From: Nemertoderma westbladi | Taxonomy: Eukaryota > Animalia > Xenacoelomorpha | Direction: 5' to 3' | DNA: 64,000 nucleotides | NCBI GenBank assembly: GCA_032718475.1 | Contig: JAUCBJ010002302.1 | Coordinates: 22,655-86,654 of the forward strand | Part shown: positions 44,001 to 56,000 of the stretch, one piece after another | Layout of the letters: the number at the start of each line of letters is the position of its first letter | Numbering within the stretch: position 1 is the first letter of the stretch | The notes under the pieces: generated by a model | Database searches by the model: none | What the model saw: only the letters and a program-made list of their open reading frames with translations | Told to the model about the DNA's origin: nothing | Program-made: the position numbers and the translations under genes

Positions 44001-47000
44001 GGTTAATACTACGCCCAGAATTCGGCAATTTTAGGTACCAGGTCCCTGATACTAAGAAGAGATGTGTTAGTTTACTACTGTAGGCGTACGGGTACTAATA
44101 GCTATCCTGGCTCCTATCTAGAATTTTAGTCACCCAGGTAGTCCAGGTAACTTCCTATTAGGGCGTTGGCGGGGACACGGTAGATGTTAGTATATCCCTG
44201 ATAGCCTCAATTTATTTGCGCCTAGTGTAAACTGCCCTACCGCCTGAACGGTACAATCCCAATTCAGGTGAAAACACAGCAACCCCCCTAGCCTACAAGT
44301 TCTAATGCAATGGACACTGTTGTACTGCAAATAGTCACAGACGCACCTGTACTTAGCAAGAGTTAAGCGTACAGTTTGCTGCACCCTAACCAATGTGTAT
44401 GCTTCGTACCGGTGTGCCTACGTCCTATCTGCGTACTAGTATCTGCCTGCGCTCTCTCCCTCCCCCGTAGGAATATGAAGGTCTACTGCGGTTTTTCCTG
44501 AATCAAAACAGTACAGTCCCTATGATGTAATTTTAGGCTTACAGCGTGTCACTACTTCTACCTTTTGATCTTTTGGTCTTACACTTAGGTAGCAAGGATC
44601 GAACGCTGTCTAACCTTTCAGGCGATGGGCGAATAACTCTAGATGGTATTGCGGGTTATCTCTCGTCTACATTCCCCCGATGTTCCTGTTCATTGCTGCG
44701 GCCCGATCTCTAGCCGGCCATCCTGTCCCTGAGTTTGTTCACCGTAGTGAATCCATGATAAAACAGATAGAAAAGGGCTGAGATGTGACTAGTATTTCTG
44801 ACTTTTATTACAAAAGATATAATAACTATTATACAATAAACAATGTAATCTGAAATAAGACAGAAAGTTAAGGTAGATCAGCAATTGAGATTGATAACTA
44901 ATGAACAAATCGCACCTTTATATACCAAATTTGTGCCGCAATCAATCGAGAAAATTCTCGATTGTTCTATGGGTTCTAACGGGGTTTTAAAGATAGCTAT
45001 TGGTCCAGCTAATATATAACTTGCACGACATTGGTTACAATCAAATAACTACAGTCTCATTGGTACAGACAAATGCAATTAATTTGTAGCGGTTAATTTA
45101 AATGAGTTGAAATTCTGTACAAAAAATAATTCGCACTTACTAGGATTCGAACTCAATACCTACTACACATATAATTTCCAACGCTCTACCGACTGAGCTA
45201 CTGAACCACTTGACCGATAGGTGCACAATAGATAGAACCAATACGAATGAGAACTCAAAGCAATCTTTACAAAGTTAATTCGAATAAAAATAAAATTTTG
45301 AAAATCCACGGCATTTAGAGAATATAATTCTATACCGCTCCATGAAAACAGGATATTATCGTGCATAAAATATACGGTTTTCACCAATAATCAATCAAAC
45401 TATAGAATACTTAGGGCGTACTTACATATTTACAATTAAATTTCAAACAATACTTCCTTTCTACGTAATGATTCGATACAAAATAATTACAAATTCAAAC
45501 TTTACGTAGTTAAGGCTTTACTAAGTAAGTACAATATAAATCTAAATTAAATTCACCAATATAAATCTATTGCATCTCAATATTGCATAAATTCAAACAA
45601 TTACAAATACAAATAATATTGCATCTCAAATATTGCATAAATTCAAATAATTACAAATACTTTCGTGCCTAAATGTAGATTGCATGAGTTCGGAATAATT
45701 ACAAATATGACTCTTTCTAAGCACAAAACTTTCTAACTATAAAACTTTCTAAATACAAAATATAACACTTTACAAATGAAACTATAAGAAAGGCCCACGA
45801 GTCTTCCATCTACTCTTACTTTCTATTTCACTGTAAATACAAATACTGCTTATAAGATATAAATTACATAGTATTCGGAACAATATAAATTGCATAAGTT
45901 CGGAATAATCACAAATATAAAATATAAATTCTTACAAAATATAATTCTTTGCTAAATATAAATCTTGCTAAATATGAGTTTTTTCCAGAATACAAGACTT
46001 ACTAATTAAATATAAAACATATAATTCAAATAAATCACAAATTCACAAGAAAGGCTCACGAGTCCTCTGTCCACCCTTGCCCTCCCTTTTATCGCTTAGT
46101 TGATCGAGCCCTGCCGCGTCCTCGAAAACTGCGCACAGGTGACTTTGCTCGCGATATGGGACTAATGGGGCGAGTCACTGGTTTACTTGGGGCGTTGAGA
46201 GACGGTGCGACTATTTCCTCGCAAATTCGTCTATTTGGCATCCCAAAACCTCGACCGATTCCTCGTGACCGATCAGTTGTCACTACAGTTGGTAGAACGT
46301 CTGGGAACGCGCGAAAGGCGGACGACGCAGACCCAAGAGTAGCTTGCGCCCCCTGTTGATCAGCTGGTATATGTCCCGATCCTCCTACTGGTTCTCTAGG
46401 AAGCGATACCGTATCCCGAGTAACTCGAATGGTCGGCTCAACTCCCTTGCGTTCTTCTACATTAATAATTTTCTTTAATTGTTGGCCCACTTTCTGGACC
46501 CGTATGATCCTACCCTGTCCGTCCTCCCGAGGGTGACGTGCAGACGGCGCAACCGGAGTGGCTGGTATATTTGTCGCCTCTAGGACCTCCTCTTCCTCGA
46601 ATACGCTCGCTCGTATACGTTTGTGGTAAAACGCGGCTCGGTACGCCCATGCGACGGTTAACCAAGCTCCTTTGATCCGCTTTTCAGTTCGGAAACGATC
46701 GAATTCACCATACGTAATCCGATTAACGACTTTCTGAAAATTCCACGTGTTTTTGTTATCCGGGTGAATCTGTAGTAGATACTCGCGCACCACTCGGAAT
46801 CCGCTGTCGTGGGGCAAAATATCGACAACCTCGATAAGTTCGTCATATTGGGGCATAGCGGAGATATATCCTTCCGACATCATCGTCTGGGGATTTACTG
46901 CCCAAAATCCAAGATGCGCTCTCATCGGAAACCGTCTTCTTTGTGCCGATACATGTTCGTCGGCTAAATACTCCCACTCATCAAATAATTTTCTCACGAG

Positions 47001-50000
47001 TTTTACAGATTCGTGTTCATAGGGTATGTCTCTCAGTTGGCATTCAGATGCTCGATGCCCTTTTATATTGCAATAAGTACATTGAGCCATAAATCTCCAG
47101 CAAGTATAAAAGGTATGAGACCCTTGATCCCCACACCATCTACAGATTAGCTGAGTCGTAGTAATGTGCTTTCCACTGCACTTTGTCATATGATGTCCAG
47201 CGACGCCACATTTACTACACATCGTATTGGCAGGATACCACACTCGTTCGTATATAAGATCTCCAATCGGTCGAGCGCTTCCTCCCATACTATAATCGTA
47301 ATCATCGGGTCTATGGGTTGGTAGGTTTCTGAAGGTTGTATACAAACTATAGCATCCGTTGCTTCAAGTTGTCGAATCTCCGTCTGAGATTTCTTCGGGA
47401 GGTTCCTTTCTATCTCAAGAAGTTCCTCTAAAGGATCGTCGGCGATCGTAGTAGTTACTTCGAAATCATCACCGAGGTGACCGATAGGCGCGCGCGTCTG
47501 CCGTGATTCTTCCGTAATCTCCACGATACGTTCTCCTTCATAGGGTAACAATGTAAACATAGATGGTCTTTCGATAAGAGATCCCGCACAGCGAAGATAC
47601 ACGTCTCGAAATATACTAAATCCTGCTCGAGTAAAGGCATTGCTGTCTTTGCGAGCTTCGCTGTACTTTCTGATAATTCCTTTATACCAAATATAGTGTA
47701 GTCTTTTGCTCCAAATCGTTCGAATGAAGCTGCCGCTTCCTCTTGGATATCATATCCCCATCTCGGCTCTCCTTGTATCCCTTTCTCCATAATTAGGGGT
47801 GTAGTTACATAATCATTACTACTAGAGGGAATACAACAGAGTTTGTAGTTAGTTGTGAGGAGACGTGAGAGTTTCGTCTGCCTTTTGGGCTTCGACAACG
47901 CTCTAACCTCCTACCCATAGCCTAAGATCTAGGGTTTCTTTAATGACACGCTGCTTCTTATCTAAATTTTTTGCCGAAATAAAAACGAATTTGGGCTAAA
48001 CTGGCTGTGAGTCTAAAATACTCACTTTTTGATCCCAAACTATTATCAGAAAATAAGCAGTCAAGAATTAGTAATAAATATAGGGGAGTCTATTTATTGA
48101 CGTAACTTATTGAAACAAGACCGTGTAAAATTTAATTAAAAATTTTAAGAAAGGCTCGCAAGTCTTCCTCTCTTGTTTCTCTAATTTTAAGTTCCACCCG
48201 ACTGTACCCTGAAATCTATTCACTGGAGAAAATTTTAAAAATTTTTCAAATCCAAATGGATTGTCTAAATTTCGAAAATGTCTCATATTGTGAGTTCCAA
48301 GTAGAATTCCATTTCTTATACCTACAAATCCCGCTCCTATGTGACACATAAGGGTACTACCCTCAATGTTCACATATAAAGACAATGGAATTCTACCGCT
48401 GTCCTTACTACGGTGTACAGGTACGTGGAAATCTATTTGTAAACTCCTAATTATTTACTAGTATTAGGTGGAGATTTGTAGTCTCCAGACTCGTTACGAG
48501 TCTCTTCAAGAAGTACGAGACGTTGAGTCGGTCTGTCAACTGTACGACCGTCAATTGTCCGTACCGTCACAGTTCTTGTCACTCCATCCATAGATGGATG
48601 TGTGGCTAAAATTACACCTGTTATCCAGAAGCGTCTTTTTAGATTCACTTCCGCTAACAGCACGTGATCTCCCGGCTTTAATGCGCGGGTGTTATTGTAC
48701 CAAGTTGTTCTGGCAGAAATAGAGGGCAAATAATGGTTTTGCCATATTTCCCAGAATTTGTTAGCTAGTAGTTGCGTGATTTTCCACGCTTTTCTACCGT
48801 AGCTGTCGCTTTCTGTTGGAATTGAAATCGGCGTCAATGTGGTCGGTGCCTGCATAAGCAGGTGTGCCGGTGTCAAAGCAAACTGAGATTGTTTGTCATC
48901 GGGTACTAATACTATTGGTCTAGTATTTAGTATTGCCTCGATTTCAACAAACAGTGTTGTCAGTTGGTCGTCTGTCAGTATGTGGTTTACTGGAATGACC
49001 TTTGCCATTGCCGTCTTTATAGATCTAATCAGTCTCTCCCAGACTCCGCCTCTCCAAGGACTATCTGGAGGATTAAACTTCCAAACAATCTTGTGAGGTT
49101 GCAGTTCGTTCGAGATTTGATCATGATCTAATTTCTTAAAGGCTCTAGCAATCTCATTCCGAGCACCAACAAAGTTTGTCCCTTGGTCTGAGTACAAGCA
49201 TTTCACTAGTCCGCGTCTAGCGATAAATCGCCGCAATGCTAGTATAAACGCGTTGGTGGAAAGATACATCACACGTTCAATGTGAACTGCCCTACTGGAC
49301 ATACATGTGAAAATCAGTCCCCAGCGTTTTACTAGTATACGTCCACGTTTCGTATGTATTGGACCAAAGCAATCAATTCCAGTCTCTGTAAAAGGTGGTC
49401 TGAATGCTTGAAGTCGTGCTTGTGGTAGTTCACTCATTTCTTGGGTACCTATTCTAGAATGTACCTTTTTACAAATAATACACGTACGTGTCACTGAACT
49501 TAACGCTTTACTGGGTCTAATTAATACAAATCTTGTACGTAAGTAGGAAAGACAGTGGTGTCTTCCAGCGTGTTTCAGATGTAAATGTGCGTCCAGTATC
49601 ATTGCACGTTGTAGTTCGTGATGTTGCGGTATTATTATTGGGTACCTAAAGTTTGTGTTAAAGTCAATGTTTTGAAGCCGAGATTTATGACAAATTAAGC
49701 CATTATAAATAATCGGACTCCAACTCAGTATTGGTGACGACTTGATTGGTTGACCTTGATTTATAGATGTGAATTCGCGCGCGAAATATCGCAGTTGGTA
49801 ATGGCGAATTAATTTAATTTCACACCTGTCAATCTCAGCCAATGTAAGTCGACGTGTAAAGTCGCGTTTGCCTTTAACGTATTGTACAAAACGTACAATC
49901 CACGCTAACTTTCGGCAAGCGTTTGTCCAAGAGTCTGTTAAGTTTACAATACGGTCGACATGAGTTATTGTGACGTCATCAGGTAAGTCAATGGAGATTT

Positions 50001-53000
50001 TGGAAGGTTTTGAATTACTAGAAGGGCCCACGGGTCCGCCGGTAAGTATTCCCTTGTTGACTGTTGATCCGTCCGGGTCTACAAGTAATTTGTCCTTCTT
50101 TGTCTTCTTACCTTGATTGTCAGTACTTTGTAAGTCGATCGTTAATGGTGGTTTGAACTCTATGGGGTCAGCAGGTTTCGGTAAACTTATTTTTCTGCCG
50201 ACATTAATCCCAGGTCTCACCATAGGTTGTAAGTTCGGTATGTCTCTTGAGCGCAAAGTAACACCTGTATTTACATTAGCGTAGGTACTACCCACATCTG
50301 TAATACATGAGGTTTCACCGTGCTTATGGTTGCTCAAGTGTGTCAAAATTGGTAGTTTGTCAATACAAGGCCGCTCCAATAGGGAAACTGCGGCTTCACT
50401 ATTTGTCAATATGTTACCAGTGTCTGGTAGAACATTTTGCGACATGTCTGGTAAAATGTTTCGCGGAACTTCCGGCGAAATATCTAGTGACGTGTCTGGC
50501 AAAACGTCTGGTTGACCGTCTAGTAACTTGTCTGGCGATACGTCTGGTAACGTATCTGGTTGTTTGTCAATAGAAGGCCGCTCCAATAGGGAAACTGCGG
50601 CTTTACTGTTAGTCAATACATTACTAATGTCCGGTGAAACATTTTGTGATATGTCTGGCAAAATGTCTGGTTGGCTGTCTAGTAACGTGTCTGGTTGACC
50701 GTCTGGCGATATGTCTGGTGTAGAAAGGCTCGCAAGTCTTCCTCTCTTGACCTTTGAAGTTATATCTTTCCATTTCGCCTTCGGTTTTTTCTTAAGTTTG
50801 ACCGCCGTTGTCTTTTTCTTTGCCTTCCCCTTCTTTGGTTTCTTGATTTCAGCGTCCTTAGGGATAGTGTTAGATTTGTTGTCGTATAACGGAGGCCAAT
50901 CTTGTGTCGATTTCTGCAAGAATTGGGGTCCGTGTTGCCAAAATTCTTTGTTTTCCGGTTTACAGAATTCCTCAGGCATCATTCCTCGCGACGCAATATC
51001 AGCTGGGTTTTGTGGTCCGGGACAATGTCGCCAATCCTCTTTTATTGAACGGTCTAGAATTTCCGCGCGACGGTTAGCTACGAATGTCTTGAATTCGAGT
51101 GTGTCGTTGTTTATGTAAAATAAAACCAACGTCGCGTCAGTCCAATAAAATATCTGTAAACTCGACTGTAGTTCTGTCTGTATGAGGTTCACGATGGTGG
51201 TTGACAGTGTTGCGGCTTGTAGCTCAGCTCGTGGTGTCGTCATATACTTAGTAGGCATGGTCTTAGCCTTAGAAGTAATGAGCGAAACATCGAACTCGTC
51301 TGAGTCTACTTGTCTGCGCAAGTACGCTGCCACACCAAAACCGTTGTCACTGGCGTCAGAAAAACAGTGTAGTTCCAAGTTGTCAGGAAATGTACTTTGT
51401 AATGGAAAGTAAACCCTGGGTATGGAATAATCCTCTAGCGAAGATAATTCCGCCTCCCAGGTCTTCCATAAGTCCACTTGGTCTGATGAGATCGGCTCGT
51501 CCCATGTTAGTCCATCCTTCCATATACTGCGCATATAAATGCGGGCTTGCAGTATCACTGGACTGATGAATCCTAACGGATCGAACAATCGGCTCAATTT
51601 TGACAAGCATGATCTCTTTGTCAGTGTGTTCTCTTGACTGTCCAGTCTCACTTTCACTCGAAAGTTGTCTGTGTTTGGGTCCCAAAAGAGCCCTAACACC
51701 TTAGTCGTCGGTAGTGGTTCGAACTCTAGGTCTATGTCACCACCTCCACGCTCAGTAGTCCCGAATGAGTCTACTAATTCGGCACTGTTTGAGGCGAATT
51801 TGGTGAGGTTAAAACCTCCGCCCGCTAAGCAGTCCCGTAATTGATGTGCTACTGTTGTAGCACGTTCTACTGTGTCGCAACTCTGTAAACCGTCATCGAC
51901 GTAAAAGTCACGTTCTACGATTTTAATTATCTCTGGGTCATATAGATGTTTCTGATCTCTAGCGGCCTGCTTTAGGGCGTACATCGTGCAATTTGGGCTG
52001 TCTCTGGCACCGAAAACGCGAACTTGCATTTGGTAAGTCGCTGGTGGTAGACTTAAGTCTCCTTCCGGATACCAGAGGAACCGCAAACTGTCTCTGTCTC
52101 GCTCTAACGCTTTCACTTGGTGAAACATCGCTTCAACGTCGCAAGTAAAGGCTACTTGACGCTGACGGAAGCGCATAATCACCCCCATAAGATAATTATT
52201 CATGTTTGGTCCATCCATCAACTCACTATTGAGGGACATTCCCTCAAACAGAGCCGCACAGTCATTGACTACGCGTACTTTATCTGGTTTGTCGGGGTGT
52301 CTCACATAGTGATGTGGCAAGTAATATGTTTGGTCAGTCACTATCTCTGGGTTAGTCATTCGGATAGCGTATCCTTTAGTCAAATACGTCTCCATCTGAG
52401 TGTTGTACTGCAGATGGGCTTTCTCGTCCTTTAATAGACGTTGCCGTATTGAGTGTAGACGTCTTAAAGCCAGTGGGTAGTTGTTTATAAGTTTAGGACT
52501 TTGGCTACGCCATAACATCCCTACCTCATAATGTCCGTCTTTCGTCTGGCGGATAGTATCTTCCATGATCTTCAGAGATTGTTTCTCCTGTTCCGACATA
52601 CAAGGTTCGTAGCTACCAGGTTCAGCTGTATCTTGTTCTAACCACCTGATAGTCTTCTCCGTTAATTCTTTGTCCAATGCGGCTTGTTCCATTTGATGAT
52701 TTTTCAACGCGTCATCATCGATATCGACGGGCACTGTTGAGGTTATTGGGGTAGGTAGACTCGCAAGCCTATCATCTGTCGTCGATGGAATCTCTAGCTG
52801 ACTCGTCTTCTCCCCAAGTTCTAAACTCACCTGGTGGGTTAGCTGCTCCTTGTGACTTATCATACTAGTTACACGTCTGTCATGTTTTGTCGACTGTAGT
52901 GTAGTATGGTTCACGTCGTGTGAGAAGGAATGAATTGAATTTGTAGTTAATAAACTACATGTACTTTGTACATCATCTTCCTCGTCACTTACGTCTAGTG

Positions 53001-56000
53001 TGCGCACAGGCGCTCGAGTATACCACCCTATCGGCGTTCTGCAGGCGTATGCGTTTCCCGCTACGACTGCCGATGGTCTGGTTTCCCACACCTGATGTAG
53101 GTTGAATTGGTCCGTCCCGATCAGCATTGCTACCGATCTATAATTGACAGGACATTCGGGTACACCAATGTGTCTGAAATACTTACGGTCCTCTAGAGAT
53201 TGTTCCGGCACTGGACCTAGTAGGTTACTAAAGTCCTTCGTGGCCGCAAAGGTTAGATCTTTAAAGGGTAACAAAGACCTCTCCCTCTCGCTGTGTTGAG
53301 ATTTTGGAAGAAGAGAGTCTAAGTCCAACTTAACTCGTGTCACTGGTATTGCACGCTGTCCGTGCATACTACTTACTGTATAACTGACGTGCTTACCTTG
53401 TCTGAGATCCGTCACGACGTCAGCTATCTTTTCATCCACGTAACTGTGAGATGAGGCTGAATCTAGAATCGCGTAGATCCTCTTACTCCCCTTTGTGCCA
53501 GTGATCTTAATCGGGATTACACTGAATCCCTTCAGTTGGTCAGTGGTCAGAAGCGCGATCGACGGTTGTTCGTCTCCATTGGAATATTCGTCGTCGTCTT
53601 CTAACTCCTCGTCCGACGATCCGGATTGTTCTGAGAAGCAATCCTCAATATGGGTCACGAAGGTTGGAGTCGTTTTCGATTCTCGTTTTCGGTAGGCCGC
53701 ATCACATCTCGCTGCTGCTTCCGGGTGTTCCCTGGCGAAGCGTTTTGTCGGCGTGTGGCTGTCTGTGTGGAGCAGACCGTCGTGGTTGCGTCCACAGGAT
53801 GGACAAGTGTCGGTATTTGGGCAATCTTTACGGACGTGTCCGTGTCGCGTACACCGCCAACAAGAGTCCAATGGCCGTATTTGCAGCCGTCGTTCTTCCG
53901 AGTTCAACTCGCGAAATTGTCGACAACCTCGTAACTTGTGACCGATATACCGCTTGCCTAAATGCTCACAGTATTGGCAGCCACTGAAGTCGGTACTAAG
54001 TTGTTGTCTCGTCTGTTTTGTCCCAATGGGCGCAGATACCCTACTACCGTCCGAGAATTGTCGTGATTCCGTCGGTGTGGCGTAAGTGGCCGTCTTGGTG
54101 GATGTTGTCTGGGGTTTTTGTCGGTTGGAGGATGGCAATGTGATTCCTTCTGCCACGATGTGCTGGTCGGTGTAGTTAGATCTAGTTTCTACTACTGCCT
54201 CCCTGGATATTAAAAGGTACACATCTTCTAATTTTAAGAATCCTCCCCGCTCTTCTCGCTGGTATTCGACCTTTCTCCACTCCCGACGAAGTCGATGGTG
54301 GAGTCGTCCTATGATCTTTAATAGGACAGTAGGGGTATTCCCGTAATCAAGTTGTCCAATGGATCTTAAAGTAGTGATAGCGTTTTTTATCTCGTCGGCC
54401 AGTTTTAATAAGTCGACGGGTTTAGTGATAGCCCCTCCCTTACAGAGTTCCTCTATTACTGACCTGGCCATACTAACTGTACCTCCGTATATTGAAGTTA
54501 AACGATCGTACGCTAGTTCGAAAGCGTCCGGTACACCAACGAAGGTCTCTGCCAAACGTTTAGGTTCTCCTGACAACATTTGAAGCAGGTAATTGAACTT
54601 CTCCCGTGATGTAAAGGCGCACACGGCGATCTGGGATTCGATATAGTCTACGAAAGTATGCCAGTGTTTTGAGCTACCGGAAAACTTCGGTGGTTGTTGT
54701 ACCGGCAATCCCTGTCTGGCTGCGAATTTCGCTATCTCCTCGGCAACGTTCAGAGTTTCGCGTCCTTGGTTGGTAATCTGGTTGATATCCCTTTTTGGCG
54801 CTTTTCCCTGATACGATGTGTTTCTCGAAGGTATTGGTCTTTGCGGATCCTTCGGGTGGCTATTGTGTTCAAATTCGGTGTTCCTCGAACTATCGGTTTC
54901 AACTTCCTCCAAGCGTTCCTCAATCTGGGCCAACTTGTTTACAACTGGTCGCAGAATGTCGGCGAATTGTTGTGTACTGATCGCGTCTGTTGGTTGTAAC
55001 GCCTTTTGTGTTGGTGTATTCTGTGGAGGATTGTCGATAAATGAATTATCTGAACGCTCACGTTTACATTTGTCGGCCGCTCCTGTTCTAAATACCTCGC
55101 GTTCCGGGTAATCCGACTCGCTCGAAGTACTACTGTCACCTGGATACGGTGGTCGACGTGCTCGAGTCCGTTGCGCCGTTCGAATCCTAACATTCCGTTT
55201 CGGAACATCGTCTACTGGTTTCCGTTGCTCGGTAGGCTCACAAGTCTTCCTCGAAGTCGTAGATTGCGATGTAAACTGATTAAACGGTCGCGTATCCACT
55301 GGTCTCCGTTGCTCGGTAGGCTCACAAGTCTTCCTCGAAGTCGTAGATTGCGATGTAAACTGATTAAACGGTCGCGTATCCACTGGTCTCCGTTGCTCGG
55401 TAGGCTCACAAGTCTTCCTCGAAGTCGTAGATTGCGATGTAAACTGAACCGGTGGTCGAGTAACAGCGTTTGAATCCAAAGGCCTTGTTGGCCTAAACGT
55501 CATTGGGTAAGCGTAGTGTGTAACAGGTTTTGGCGTCAGAGGTGGACTCACCTGTTTAGTCGTCAGTAATACAGGTTCGACTAATAAACTACTACGATCT
55601 GTAATCGGTGGGTTACTTACCTTGACTTTCGGAATAGGCGACGACGTTGCTCTTGGCAGTGTAAACTCGTCCGGAATAACAAACCTGTGTTCCGTCGCAC
55701 CATGGATAGGAGAAATGTTACTACTACCCGCAATCGAAACAGGTTCCTTAGTCGTAACCGGTGCAAACATATGAGTTACCTGTGGGAATCGTTGACACAA
55801 GTCCTTTACTAATTGTCGTTCCCGTCCGGGTGCTCCTACGCTTCCTTCCTTCTTCCGTTCCTGAATTTGGCGATGTCTTACCTCTATCTGGTCCAAGTCA
55901 TGTCCGTCTCGAGATCTCATTGATCGATCACGGGCTAGAAGATCCAGATTTTCCTTGGTTTCGGCTAATTCTCTCGCCCTTTTCTCAAGTTCGAAACGAA

